64,000 nucleotides of DNA from Hemiscyllium ocellatum (GCF_020745735.1 NC_083438.1:32238443-32302442); one strand, 5' to 3'; positions 1 to 12,420 are shown, counted from the stretch's first letter. Notes: generated by a model from the letters alone, not told the origin. Numbers and translations are program-made.

Positions 1-655
1 GGAGGAGCAGAGGGATCTTGGGGTCTATGTTCATAGCTCTTTGAAAGTTGCCACTCAGGTGGATAGAGCTTGTAAGAAGCCTTATGGTGTATTAGCGTTC
101 ATTAGCAGAGGTACTGAATTCAAGATTCGTGAGGTGATGTTGCAGCTGTACAGGACCTTGGTAAGGCCAAATTTGGAGTACTGTGTGCAGTTCTGGTCGC
201 CTCACTTTAGGAAAGATGTGGAAGCTCTGGAGAGGGTGCAGAGGAGATTTACGAGGATGTTGCCTGGAATGGAAAATAGGTCGTACGAGGATAGGCCTTT
301 TCTCATTGGAACGGCGAAGGATGAGGGGTGACTTGATAGAGGTTTATAAGATGATCAGGGGAATAGATAGATAGTCAGAGACTTTTTCCCCTGGGTACAA
401 CAGAGTGTTACAAGGGGACATAAATTTAAGGTGAAGGGTGGAAGGTATGGGGGTGGGGGGGGGGGGGATGTCAGGGGTAGGTTCTTTACCCAGAGTGGTG
501 GGGGGCATGGAATGCGCTGCCTGTGAGAGCGGCAGAGTCAGAATCATTGGTGACCTTTAAGCAGCAATTGGATAGGTGCTTAAGCTAGGACAAATGTTCG
601 GCACAACATCGTGGGCTGACGGGCCTGTTCTATGCTGGATTGTTCTATGTTCTTT
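1..655 (+). mobile_element. CR1 LINE ORF2 3' end and tail
   Basis: LYRTLVRPNLEYCVQFWSP, RGDLIEVYK; TTCTATG tail. Confidence 0.9.
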
Positions 656-659
656 CCAA

Positions 660-1300
660 GATCTACTGTACAATCTGTTCTTCTCTGCCATTCCTTTCCT
701 ATCACTGACTTCCATCCATACTAACTCAGTTGACAAACCTTCCTCAACAAATGTCTTTTCTGCAGCTCCAGTGCACTCTCTAATTAATAACACTACTTCC
801 CCTCCTCTAATAGACCCCCTCCCAGTTCCTTTTAAGAAGATCTAAACCCTTGAACATCCAGCAACCATTCCTGCCCTTGTGAAATCCACGTCTCTGTCAC
901 AGCTACAGCATCGTAGTTCCCAGTACCGATCCATGCTCTAAACTCGTCACTCTTATTCCTTACACTCCTTGCATTGAAGCAGACACTTTAACCCATCCCT
1001 ATCAACTGTGTAGCCTTCCTGACAGACTCTTGGCATTCTATTTCTGCCCGTACAACAACTACCCTCTCCTCTGATCTGTAGCTCTCATTCCCATTCCCCT
1101 GCTAAACTAGCTTAAACCCTCCCAAAACGCTCTAGCAAGTCTCCTGTTCAGGACATTGGTGCCCCTCCAGTTTAAGTACAACCTGTCCTTCATGTACAGG
1201 TCCCACCTTCCCCAGGAGGTACCCCAATGATGTAAGTTTCTGAAGTCTCCCTCCTGCGCTAACCCTATAACCACATGTTTAACTGCACTCACTTCCTGTG
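660..1300 (-). mobile_element. CR1 fragment (ORF1 esterase C-terminus and ORF2 start)
   Basis: LYLNWRGTNVL...EGL* typical of CR1 ORF1 SGNH end. Confidence 0.7.
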
Positions 1301-1469
1301 GCTTGCCTCACTAATGCTTCCGGAAGAAGGGCTCATGCCCGAAACGTCGATTCTCCTGCTCCTTGGATGCTGCCTGACCTGCTGTGCTTTTCCAGCAACA
1401 CATTTTCAGCTCACTAATGCTAGTAAGGTTTAGAGTTCCTGAGATGGGATAGGTTAGTGGGAGACTGAC

Positions 1470-1550
1470 CTCCATTTGTGTCTTCATAAGTTGACTCTTG
1501 GCCGATGAATTCCCTTTCACTAAAGCACGGATGAGATCTTGCTTTGTCTC
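1470..1550 (-). CDS. HAUS5: HAUS5 coding exon 13 (ETKQDLIRALVKGNSSAKSQLMKTQME); gene continues beyond window start
   Basis: AG/GTCAG sites, 81 nt, phase 0 to 0; IRALVKGNSSAK matches human VRLLIKGNSASK. Confidence 0.93.
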
Positions 1551-1749
1551 CTGGAAACAACAAATTGTTAGAAAAGCTGAGGAAAACAAGGAACATCAGA
1601 GGCACAGTGCCCCTGATAGGACACAGCCTGTAACTGGCCTTTTAACAGATCAAGTCAGCATCGCAGGAATAATTCACCCTGTCAGACTGAACCCGGTCAC
1701 AGGACCTGACTATGGGGGGGGGGTACAAAACTCCAGACAACACTCCAAG

Positions 1750-2110
1750 GGATAGCACTGAGGGAGCACTGCACCAGTACCGGGGAAGCACTGCACCAGC
1801 AGGGGTGTGATCTCTGATTTGCCACTATAAAAGGAAACTGCATCTGCCCTCTCGCGTGGGTGTGCTTATCTTGATGATAAGCAGGAAGCAGCCCTCCCTG
1901 ATGTCTGGGGCCAATACTTATTCCTTCACCAGTATCACTGAAAAACAGGTGGGAGGAGTCATTCTCACTCTGCTTGTGGGATAGCGATATGCACCAAAGG
2001 GCTTTTCTAAGTGAACTCGCATTACTGAACATCACTCGTTGGCTGTGAAGCCACATCTTTGCAGAGAAGATGTTCTGCTGTGATTCCTGTCTGAAAATGG
2101 TGGAATATAC
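1750..2110 (+). mobile_element. Ancient Deu-domain-like SINE remnant
   Basis: CTGAGGGAGCACTGCAC...TCTGCCCTCTC...CTCCCTGATGTCTGGGGCCAATA...GTCATT resembles recalled AmnSINE1/SacSINE1 core. Confidence 0.45.
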
Positions 2111-2286
2111 TATCGACAACTGCACAGGATAATCGCAGACACGTGACATTTCACACTGGGGAGGGCCCTCAGAAACCAGGGGTCGGAGGGAACACAGAAA
2201 GGTCAGAGGGTGTAAAACTTCGCTCCAGCAGGTCACAGGCAGATCCTGTCAGTCTCGCCCAGCCTCTACCTCAACAGCAGACTTAC

Positions 2287-2449
2287 CACGAGAGATTGGA
2301 AGCGGAGGATGCTGCTGTGCTTCTGCTGCAGGATCTGGATCTCACGGTTCTTGGCTTCTATGGAGTTAGCTAAGAGCTGAGCCTGCTCCGAGAGCTCCTG
2401 GAGGTAGCTCCTCTTCTCCATCGCAGTCAGTTCCAGCTCCAAGGCCTCC
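2287..2449 (-). CDS. HAUS5: HAUS5 coding exon 12 (EALELELTAMEKRSYLQELSEQAQLLANSIEAKNREIQILQQKHSSILRFQSLV)
   Basis: AG/GTAAG sites, 163 nt, phase 2 to 0; ends like human LQAKQQRILHWRQLV. Confidence 0.9.
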
Positions 2450-2689
2450 CTGTCACAAACACAAGCGCGCTGTCCAGTGAGACATGGCTGCAGGCGACAC
2501 CAGCAATGCCGCTCAACGTCTGCAGAAAGGTTGACAGCACCCTGCTATTCCACTGCCTCCTACCTGGCAGCTCCAACCTCCGCCATCTATATGGTCCCAT
2601 CTTACAAAGGATTCGGTTTACCATTCTGTCCTCGGTGGTCCCTGTTCGCTGATCTCCACTGAAGCTAGGGAAGGGACTGCTGGGCCCCA

Positions 2690-4205
2690 TGCCAAGATAC
2701 TTGCATTATCCATAGCCGTGGGCAAAGTGCCAAAAGACTGGAGGTTAGCTAACAAGGTGCCATTATTTAGGAAAGGTGGTAAGGAAAAGCTAGGGAATTA
2801 TAGACCAGGGAGCCTGACTTCAGTGATGGGTAAGTTGGTGTGTCATAGTGGCTCGGTGGTTCACACTGCTGTGTCACACCACCAGGATCTGGGTGGGATG
2901 CTCCTCGGAGGATCGGTGTGGACTTGATGGGCTGAATGGCCAACCTCCACACTAAGAATTCTATGACTTCATAAAATTGTTGGAAGGCATTCTGAGGGAC
3001 AGGATTCACGTGTATTTGGAACGGATTAGGGATACTCAACGTGGTTTTTATGCTTGGGAAAATCATGTCTCACTAACTTTATTGAGTTTTTTGAAGAAGT
3101 AATGAAGAGGATTGATGACGACAGTAGTGTATGCTGTCTATACTGGCTTCAGTAAGGCATTCGACAAGGTTCTGGACGGTAGACTGGTTAGCATAGGCTC
3201 GTGATGGAGGGTTGCTTTTCAGACTGGAGTCCTGTGACTAGCAGTGTGCCATAAGGGTCCACTGCTAGGTCCACTGCTTCTTGTCTATAATTTATAGACA
3301 CTTATATGAATATAGGCAGTATGGTTAAGAAGTTTGCAGATCACACCAACATTGCTGGTGCAGTGAACAGCAAGAATAAAATATGCCTGGGAGTGGCAGA
3401 TGGAGTTTAATTTAGAATAATGTGAGGTGCTGTATTTTAATTAGGCAAATTAGGGCAGGACTTATACACTAATAGTAAAGTCCTGGGGAGTGTTGCCGAC
3501 CCATGAGACCTTGAGGTCCAGGTTTATAGTTTCTTGAAACTGGAGTCACAGGTATGCAGGGTAGCAAAGGTGACGTTTGGTACACTTGCCTTCATTGGTC
3601 AGAGCACTGAGTATAGGAGTTGAGAGGTCATGTTGCAGCTGTACATGATATCGGTTAGGCCACTTTTGTAAAACTGCTTTCAATTCTGGTCTCCCTGCTA
3701 CACAAAAGATATTGTGAAATTTGAAAGGGTTCAGAAAAGATTTGCAAGGATGTTGCCAGGGTTGGGAGGGGTTTGAGTAGGGAGAGGCTGAACAGGCTGC
3801 GTCTATTTTCAATGGAGTGTCACAGAGGCTGCAAGGTGGCCTTAGAAAATCATGAGGGGCATGGACAGGATGAATAGCCAAGGTCTTCTCCCTAGAATGG
3901 GAATGTCCAAAACTAGATGGCATATGTTTAAGTAAGAGGGGAAAGATTTAAAAACAGACGTATGGGTCGATTTCTTTTCCACTTAGAGGGTGGTGCATGT
4001 GTGGAATGAGCTGCCAGAGGAAGTGGTGGAGGTTGGTACAATTACAACATTTAAAAGGCATCTGGATGGGGATATGAATAGGAAGGGTTTGGTGGGATAT
4101 TGGCCAAATGCTGGCAAATGGGACTAGATTAATTTAGGATATCTGGTTGGCAAGGACGAGTTGGACCGAAGGGTCTGGTTCCATACTGTACAGTTCTATG
4201 ACTAT
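2690..4205 (+). mobile_element. Degraded CR1 RT-3' end with a nested deleted HE1 SINE (~2835-2970)
   Basis: VPKDWRLANKVPLFRKG..NYRP motif; CR1 tail near 4190. Confidence 0.88.
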
Positions 4206-4239
4206 GGTTTACTGGGTGAGGGAAGAGGTTGAGAAGCAG

Positions 4240-4336
4240 GTTTCTTCATGGCAACCTCAGCCAATGCAGGAATTGAACCCTCACAGCTGGCATCACTCTG
4301 CACTGCAAACCAGCCAACCCACCAACTGAGCTAACC
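4240..4336 (-). mobile_element. tRNA-derived SINE head
   Basis: Box A AGCTCAGTTGG and box B GGTTCAATTCC on the minus strand. Confidence 0.6.
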
Positions 4337-4388
4337 TCACCACAAGGTGCTTTCTAAACGCTGTTGAAGAGGGGACAAAACTTCTGAC

Positions 4389-4546
4389 CTGACAGCAGAC
4401 AGGAGCTCAGCATCATGTGCATACTGTTCCTCCAGCAGGCGATTAAACTCCTTATTCAGCGCCGTCAGCCTGCCACTCATTTCCTTCTCCCGCCTGAGGG
4501 CCCCGATCTTCTCCACTGCCCGGACCTCACAGTCTCGCCATCTCTC
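4389..4546 (-). CDS. HAUS5: HAUS5 coding exon 11 (ERWRDCEVRAVEKIGALRREKEMSGRLTALNKEFNRLLEEQYAHDAELLSAV)
   Basis: AG/GTCAG sites, 158 nt, phase 0 to 2; E.WR start like human EGWR. Confidence 0.87.
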
Positions 4547-4639
4547 CTGCCGAGGGACCACACAAAAACACAATTTAACTGCTTCCCCTCTGGGAGATAA
4601 CGCAGGGCGGTTAGACATTACCACAGACCATTCCAGCCC

Positions 4640-7300
4640 CACATCAACAAGCGTTTGATGTTGTGGCTATCTCAGAGACACAGCTAGAGGACGGGCAGGA
4701 ATGGTTGTTGCAGATTCCAGGATTAAGATGTTTCAGCCAGGGGTATTGGGTGGGAGTGCACTGTTAATCAAGGATAATATTACAGCAGCTGAGATAATGT
4801 TTGAGGACTCATCCACTAAGGTAGTTTGGGCTGAGGTTAGAAACAGGAAAAGCGAGGTCACCCTGTTGGGAGTTTGCTATAAGCCTCTGAATTGTTCCAG
4901 GGATGTAGAGGAAAGGATAGCAAAGATAGTTCTCGATAGGAGCGAGTGTAACAGGGGAGTTGTTATAGAGGACTTTAACTTCCAGTTCAGTTAATTTAGA
5001 CGGGTCAGTTTGTGCAGGAGGGTTTTCTGACACAGTACATCGACAAGGCAAAAAGGGACAATGCCATATTGGATTTGGTACTGGGGAAATTCCTGATGAA
5101 GGGCTTTTGTCCGAAACGTCGATTTTACTGCTCCTCGGATGCTGCCTGAACTGCTGTGCTTTCCCAGCACCACTAATCCAGAATCTGGTTTCCAGCATCT
5201 GCAGTCATTGTTTTTACCGAAATGAACCCAGTCAGATTTGGTGATAGGTGAGCACTTTGGCAATAGTGACTGTAATTCGGTTATGCTTACGCAATAGGCA
5301 GGAATAGGTATATACTGCAAGGAAAGAGGTATAACTGGAGAAAGGCAGTTATGGCGCGATTAGGCAAGATTTAGGATGCATAGCACGGGGAAGGAAACTG
5401 CAGGGGATGGACAAACTTGAAATGTGGAGCTTATTCAAGGAACAGCTACTGGGTCCTTGTTAAGTATGTACCTGTCAGGCAGGGAGCTAGTTGTTGATAG
5501 AGGGAGCCATGGTTTACTAAAGAAGTTGAAGCTCTTGTCAATAGGAAGAAGGCAGCTTATGTGAGGATGAGGTGTGAAGGCTTAGCTGGGTGCTTGGGAG
5601 TTATAAGTTAGCCAGAAAAGACCTAAAGAGAGGGCTAAGAAGAGGGGACATGAGAAGTTGTTGGCAGATAGGATCAAGGAAAATCCTAAGGCCATCTATA
5701 CGTATATCAGGAATAAGAGAATGACTAGAGTAAGATTAGGGCCATTCAAAGACAGTAGTGGGAAGTTGTGTGGGGAATCTGAGGACATAGGGAAAAGCAC
5801 TTTATGAATACTTTTTGCCAGCATTCACATCAGCGAGAATAAGGAGATATAAACTACAAGATTAGATGGGATTGAGGTTGACAAAGAGGAGATTTTAGCA
5901 ATTTTGGAAGATCTGAAAATAGATAAGACCCCTGGGCCAATAGGATTTATCCTCGGATTCTCTGGGAAGCCAGGAAGGGAATTGCAGAGCCATTGGCTTC
6001 AATCTTTGTCATCATTGTCAACAGGAGTAGTGCCAGAAGACTGGAGGATAGCAAATGTTGTTCCCTTGTTGAAGAAAGGAAGGCGGGACAACCCTGGTAA
6101 TTATAAACCAGTGAGCCTTACTTCAGTTGAAGGTAAGGTGTTACAATCATCTGGAATGGAATAATTTGATTAGGGATAGTCAACACGGTTTTGTGAAGGG
6201 TAGGTCATGCTCACTAACCTTCTTGAGTTCTTCGAGGTGACCAAACAGGTAGATGAAGGTAAAGCAGTTGATGTGGTGTTTATGGACCTCTGGAAGGCAT
6301 TTGATAAGGTTCCACACGGGAGGCTATTGCACAAAATGCGGAGTTTCAGGATTGAAGATGATTTAATGGTTTGGATCAGAAATTGGTTAGCTAAGAGAAG
6401 ACAGAGGGTGGTGGTTGATGGGAAATGCTCATCCTGGAGCTCAGTTACCAGTGGTGTGCCACAAGGATCTGTTTTGGGGTCACTGCTGTTTGTCACTTTT
6501 ATACATGATCTGGATGTGGGCGTAGAAGGATGGGTTAGTAAATCTGCAGATGATACCAAGGTATGCAGAGTTGTGGATAGTATCAAAGGATGTTGTGGGT
6601 TACAGAGAGACAGAAATAAGATGCAGAGCTGGGCTGAAAAGTTCCTGATGAAGGGCTTTTGCCTGAAACATCGATTTTCCTGCTCCTTGGATGCTGCCTG
6701 ACCTGCTGTGCTTTTCCAGCACCACTCTAATCTCGACACTGGTTTCCAGCATCTAGAGTCCTCACCTTTTGCCAAGTAGCAAATGGAGTTTAATATGGAA
6801 ACCAAGGTGATTCACTTTGGAGGTAGTAAGAGGAATGCAGAGAACTGGGCTAATGATAAAATTCTTGGCTGTGTAGATGAACAGAGAGACCTCAGTGTCC
6901 AGGTGCATAAATCCCTGAAAGTTGCCACCCAGTTTGATAGGGCTGTTAAAAAGGCATATGGTGTGTTGGCGTTTATTGGTAGGGGGATTGAGTTTCAGAG
7001 CCATGTGGTCATGCTTCAGCTGTACAAGACACTGGTGAAGGCTAACACGAGGGGACATAACTTTAAATTGATGGGCGATAGATTTAGGACTGTTATCAGG
7101 GGGTAGTTTCTTTCCTCAGTAATAGAGGCGTGGAACGGCTTGACTGCAGTAGTAGTAGACTCGCTGACATTAAGGGTATTTAAGTGGGCATTAGACATAC
7201 ATATGAATAATGGAACTGATGGACATCAGATTAATTTTACAGGTCAGTGCAACATCAAATACCGAAGGGCCTGTATAGCACTGTAACGTTCTATGTTCAA
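4640..7300 (+). mobile_element. Degraded CR1 ORF2 (endonuclease to 3' end) with two PLE-end insertions (~5089-5220, ~6643-6770)
   Basis: GVCYKP, DFNF, KAFDKVPH, SGVPQGSVLG, ADDTK. Confidence 0.9.
5088..5125 (+). ncRNA. Minimal type I hammerhead ribozyme motif (family A), core intact
   Basis: CUGAUGA 5093-99; helix II GGGC/UUUU/GUCC; GAAAC-GUC 5113-20; inserted in a CR1; helix I weak. Confidence 0.65.
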
Positions 7301-7309
7301 TGTTCATTC

Positions 7310-8330
7310 GCCCCCTTCACCACTGTCACAGTGTGAGCCATCTACAAGATGCACTGCAGCAATTTACCAAGTCTCCTGAGGCAGCATATTCCTGAACACT
7401 TCCAGCTAGAAGGGTAAAGGCAGTGTCTCAGAGGGTCAGGGGGTGATCTTATGCAAGACCAGCTCTTCCAAGTTCCCCTCTGACTCCCTAAAACAACTTT
7501 GCACAGAGATGGAGTCTGTCTCAGGAAGGATGTCAGCTTTCAGCGACTACTGTGTGATCAAGTAGTCACACTGATGGTCACAACAAGTAGGAATCCACTG
7601 ACAATCCAAGGACTGCTGCAGTTCAAGGAGGCAGTTCACCCCAACGTTCTCCAGAACAACTAGGGATGAGCAATAAATGCTGGTCCAGCCACAGACATCC
7701 ACATCCCAGGAAATAATAAAGGAAACACAATCATTTGGTCAAGCAACAACAACAAAAACCAATGCAGGCACAGCAACGTTTTGTTAAACTGAAGGCGTTT
7801 TGACATGATCAAGAACTGTTCCATTCATTTCACTGTGGGACGCAGCTGTCAGTGGCTGGGTCAGCATTTGTTCTCCAACTCTAATTGCCTTTTCAGAAGC
7901 TGGTGATGGGCTGTCTTCTTGAACCGCTGCAGTCCACCTGCTGTGGGTTGACCAACAATGCCTTCAGGGAGGAAATTCCAGGATGTTAACTCAGTGACAG
8001 TGAAGGAACGGTGATATATTTCCAAGTCAGGATGGTGAGTCACTTGAAGAGGATCTCAAAGGTGGTGGTATTCCCATAGGTCGTCCTTCTAGATGGAAGT
8101 TGTCGTGGGTTTGCTTTCTGTGGCCCACCTGTGAATTTCTGCAGGACATCTTGTAGATAGTACACACTGAGTGTTGGTGGTGGGGGGAGCACATGCTTGT
8201 GTATGGAATGCCAATCAAGTGGTCTACTTTGTCCTGGAAGGTGTCAAGCTTCTTGACTGTTTTGGAGTTACACCTACACAGACAAGTGGAGAGTATACAA
8301 TCACAGTCCTGGCTTGTGCCTTGGGGAGTC
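7310..8330. mobile_element. Two opposed 3' fragments of a second non-LTR family (family B)
   Basis: CCATCTACAAGATGCACTGCAG...CAATAAATGCTGG end on + (7310-7720) and its reverse (7850-8330). Confidence 0.65.
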
Positions 8331-8896
8331 AGGAGGAGAGTTTACATTGACAGACTCTGAGAAGAATTGATACGGCATAAAACTTCAGCTGCAGCTTGCA
8401 TCTTTGACACTTAGTGAATATTATCTTGGACAAATTGTTGATTCCAACATAATTTGGCCAAAGATGAAAGTTTCAGCACTCAGGAAGGAGTCCCCAGAAG
8501 GCTGGGGGTGGGGAATGTGGGGCTTGCTCCCACAGGGGAGAAGGGAGGATGTGCACTTGTTCCCACAGGGAGGGGGTTTGGAACGTGTCAATTTATTAAT
8601 AGGGAGAAGTATAAACGCACAAGGAAGAAAGGAATAGAAGGAGATGCTAGTGAGGGAAGATGAGTAGAGAGGTGTTGGGGGGGAGGCGGGGAACACTGCT
8701 GCGGGAGAGCGCACAGGGAAGAAGCAAGGAACAGGATGGCCTGTTTTCCAACTGTACATCACAAAGATGAACTTGTGCTGATCAGTGTGACATTACTGGA
8801 TAGTTTCAGGCTGGCTCTCCCTGTGCTTGGAATATGTTCACTCTGACCAAACATTTACACTCCCACTCAAAAGCTAATCTCTCACATCGTACAAAC

Positions 8897-8975
8897 CTCA
8901 AGTAAAGACTTGACAGAGCGTAGAACCGCAGGAGCCTCTGAGACATCCTGTAGGTGGGAACGACTGTAGGAGAAC
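8897..8975 (-). CDS. HAUS5: HAUS5 coding exon 10 (FSYSRSHLQDVSEAPAVLRSVKSLLE)
   Basis: TTTTTGCAG acceptor, GT donor, 79 nt, phase 2 to 0 fits both neighbours. Confidence 0.82.
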
Positions 8976-9063
8976 CTGCAAAAACAGCACCATTGCCAGG
9001 CACAGCAGTGACATATCATTAACATAGAGACAACTCTCGGTCAGATTAAAGAGCTTCCAGTAA

Positions 9064-9080
9064 ACACACACACACACACA
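9064..9080. repeat. (CA)n microsatellite
   Basis: ~8 units. Confidence 0.9.
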
Positions 9081-9149
9081 TCTCAGAGACTCAAACCAGA
9101 GGGAACACTGTTAGGATACAGAGTCCAGCTCTGTCAACTTTAAAATGAA

Positions 9150-10505
9150 AGCAAAGTTGCCTCTACATTGATGGGGAGGAGGGGGACAAACATTCCCAGG
9201 CCAAGGATGGCACAGGGCTAGATACAGTGACGCTCATACTCCTCTCTCAAACCAAAAGTAATGCGCCTCTTCTCTTTTCTTTTTAAAAAAAATAAAGTAA
9301 AGCTCTCTCTATGTTTTTAAACCACAAGTGAATGGAAAATAAACCTTCATTGACATTTTCCCCACAAACACTTCCATGCCAGGTGCAGCACAGGCTTAGC
9401 TACAGATAAAACTGCCTCTACTCTTTAAAACTAAAGACTCCCCTACATGTTTTGTTTAACACTGAGTCTCCATCAAACACTATTTTAAACAGAGAAATAT
9501 TCATTTACTTATTTCAACTGGGAGTAAAGTCTCCTCTTTCTGTTAAAGTGAAAGTAGAGCTCCTTTCACACTGTTCACAAACACACCCAGGACAGGGACA
9601 GCTCAGGGTGAGATAAAGGGCACAGCTCTCTTTGTTCTATTAAACGAAATGTAAACTGAAAGTAAATTGCCCTTTCCTCTTTTACACGAAATGGAAATAA
9701 AAAGTAAACACACCCTCAATACTGTCTCAACAAAAAACACTTCAAGGTCAAGGACAGTACGGAGTCAGGCACAGAGTTAGCATCCCTACACTCTTAAATA
9801 GGAAGCAAAACTCCCACTACTCTGTTAAACTGGAGTAAAGCTTCTATTACAGTATTCCCAAACACTCCGATCAGAGAATGCATGGGGGTAGATACAGAGT
9901 AATGCTTTCTACTCTTATGCTGAAAATAAAAGTCCCTCTACTTGTTTAAATTCAAAGTAAAGCTCCCTGCACACTGCACCCACCAACACTCCCAGGACAG
10001 GGACAGCACAGGGTTAGATACAGAGTAAAGCTTCTTCTATACTGAGCAGTCTACAGCCCAAATTCTCCAATTTTAAATAACCTTCCTTCCCATCCCACAA
10101 TTCCCTTTATAGCCTCTCTTCATCCCTTCCATTCCACTTACTGACCCTACCTTCCAGCCATCAACCACATTCACTCCTCTCATTATCAAACAGGCCGTAC
10201 CCTCTACCTGTGTTCACTTATCTCACCCCTCTTGTCAGTCTCCCCACCCAAACCTCTCCCTCAGACCCCCCCTTTATCTGCAGCTCCCCTCACCTCCACT
10301 CCTAGTCCTGAAGGGTTACACATGAAACATTGACTTTTCCACCCCCTGATGCTGCCTGGCTTGCTGTGTTCTTCCAGCCTCCTGCTCGTCTCCCTTGGAT
10401 TCCAGCATCTGAAGCTTTTTTTGTCTCCTCTACACTCTTCCCAATCAAACACTCCCAGGATAGGGACAGCACCGGGTTAGACACGGAGTAAAGCTCCCTG
10501 CACTC
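9150..10505 (+). repeat. Degenerate satellite-like array (CAAACACTCCCAGGACAGGGACAGCACAGGGTTAGATACAGAGTAAAGCT)
   Basis: About 7 copies with interleaved AGTAAAGCT-CTCTAC subunits; reverse copies at ~18930-19140. Confidence 0.75.
10050..10425 (+). mobile_element. Degraded PLE 3' end fragment
   Basis: Same pyrimidine-rich segment and GATGCTGCCTG...TCCAGCATCTG tail as other copies. Confidence 0.6.
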
Positions 10506-10533
10506 CGGAAGAGTTCTGCCAAACAAAGATTAC

Positions 10534-10661
10534 CTGAGGACTTCCATGTCCTTTCCCACATCCACTTTCGATTGGAGTTCCAGGAGCTCCTCTTTATTCT
10601 CAGCTGCCAGAGTCTGCACTGCTGCCAGGATGTGGATTGGTGGGTGTGATGCATTAACACC
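10534..10661 (-). CDS. HAUS5: HAUS5 coding exon 9 (GVNASHPPIHILAAVQTLAAENKEELLELQSKVDVGKDMEVL)
   Basis: AG/GTAAT sites, 128 nt, phase 0 to 2; HPP.H.LAA...LAAE motif. Confidence 0.92.
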
Positions 10662-10812
10662 CTGCACAAAAACAAAGGCTGAAGTTGCTAAAATGAAAGC
10701 AGACAAAACTGCTAAGTCTGTGTATACAGCACTCCTGATCTCAGCAGCCCCCTCCAGCCCCTATACCCTGGTGAGTGTGGGACCCCATATCTCAAGGAGA
10801 ATTGGCACTCAC

Positions 10813-10870
10813 CTCTATCTGGTTCAGCCATTGATGATAACTGTCACTTCTCAGGTCATAGCCCCTGTCA
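10813..10870 (-). CDS. HAUS5: HAUS5 coding exon 8 (DRGYDLRSDSYHQWLNQIE)
   Basis: AG/GTGAG sites, 58 nt, phase 2 to 0; SY.QWL..(V/I)E motif. Confidence 0.92.
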
Positions 10871-10940
10871 CTGTGAGCAAAGGAAAAATACATTTAATGA
10901 ACAGGAGGTACAGAACACCTCGCCAGTCCCCGACTCCCGG

Positions 10941-11062
10941 CCCCATCTCCGTCGCCTCCCCCACCCCCATCTCCGTCGTCTCCCCCACCCCCATCTCCGT
11001 CGTCTCCCCCACCCCCATCTCCGTCGTCTCCCCCACCCCCATCTCCGTCGTCTCCCCCACCC
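10941..11062. repeat. 24-bp minisatellite, ~5 copies
   Basis: ATCTCCGTCG recurs at 10945, 10969, 10993, 11017, 11041. Confidence 0.95.
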
Positions 11063-11443
11063 CAGTCCCCTACTCCTTCACCTCCCACAGCCCCGACTCC
11101 CATCCCCATCTCCGTCACCCACCCCCATCGTTGTCACCTCCCCCGGCCCTGACTCCCGCCCCCATCGCCGTCACCTCCCACAACCCCGACACCCCTCGCC
11201 ACCTGTCACCTCTTCAAGCTCCTACATTGTTCCTTCCTTCTGTCAGCTCTTCTACTCCCTACAGCCCCTGAAGTCTCAATGTCACATGAATACTTGCCTC
11301 TCACCCACCTCCCAGCCACTTGCTGATTCCCATCACTCCACCATTGGTGACTGCCACTTCCCTCACCTGGATTCTCAGCTCAAGATCTGCCAAGCACTAG
11401 ACAGAGAAGACCCACAAATGCATAAAGCACAGAAGCTACCTAC

Positions 11444-11529
11444 CCACTGCCTCCAAGAGGACTCTCCTGTTCATCATATAATGACTTCAGGAGCTGGAAT
11501 CTCGTGAAACACGTTCCCCGAACATCTTG
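11444..11529 (-). CDS. HAUS5: HAUS5 coding exon 7 (QDVRGTCFTRFQLLKSLYDEQESPLGGS)
   Basis: AG/GTAGG sites, 86 nt, phase 0 to 2; DVR..C..R.Q.L..L motif. Confidence 0.9.
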
Positions 11530-12287
11530 CTGAGGGAAAGAGAATAGGAGAGAGAGTGAGCGAATGAGACAGACAGAGTCTGGAACAGGGAGGGAGTGCA
11601 AGTTTGCAGGACAGAAACAAAAAGGAGATTGCGAGAGAGAAACAGACAGACACAGAGGACTTAAGGCAGAAAGTGAGAGAGACAGACATATTTCACAGGT
11701 TCCAAATCCAGAACGTTGATTTTTATAAAACAGAGTCACTACAGCAATGAAGGAGTCTAATCTGTCCATCAAGTCTATACTAGCCCTCTATAGCGAAATC
11801 CGGTCATTCCAACCTGTGGAATGGGAGTACAGAGAAAGTCGTTTTGCAAGCTTATCTTTCCTCAATTTCTCTGTGAAATCCTTCTCCAGCCTCCGCATGG
11901 TCAATGCGCTCCATGTCATTATCTCTCACTGCATTAAAAATATTTCCGTTCTAACCTGGTCTCTGCTCCTCCTACCCAGAACATTAAACCTGGGTCATGT
12001 TCCTACCATCAGCCAATGGGAACAGCTTTTCTTTTGGTTTCGACAAGGGAGACAGTCACTAACTTAATCACCGCAATCAACCGGATGTCTCCGCCAATTT
12101 CTTGTGCTCCATGGAGAACATTAGCCTCTAAAAGAGGACCGCCTGTTTCTTAAGAGTTAAAGCCTCAGCCACATGTCTGCCCATACTGCTCAAGGTGCTG
12201 CTAAAGGAAACTGGGTTATAAGCTCACCCTGAAAACAAACGTACTGGAGATTACAGCGAGTCAGAGAGCATCCACGGAGAGAGTGCA

Positions 12288-12326
12288 AGCTAACATTTCA
12301 AGTTGAGATGACTCCTCATCAGAGCT
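12288..12326 (-). ncRNA. Minimal hammerhead ribozyme motif (family B)
   Basis: Reverse complement: AGCU-CUGAUGA-g-GAGU/CAUCUCA/ACUU-GAAAU-GUU-AGCU; helix I AGCU/AGCU. Confidence 0.62.
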
Positions 12327-12366
12327 GACATAAGAAGTGTGTTGGCAGCAGCATTCACTCAATAAT

Positions 12367-12368
<2 letters not shown>

Positions 12369-12416
<48 letters not shown>
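12369..12416. repeat. (GT)n microsatellite
   Basis: ~24 GT units. Confidence 0.98.

Positions 12417-12420
<4 letters not shown>

Noticed and set aside
10546-11271. 241-aa mucin-like plus-strand ORF (PTPISVVS repeats)
   Set aside because: Antisense to HAUS5 exons 8-9 plus a 24-bp VNTR; explained without a gene.
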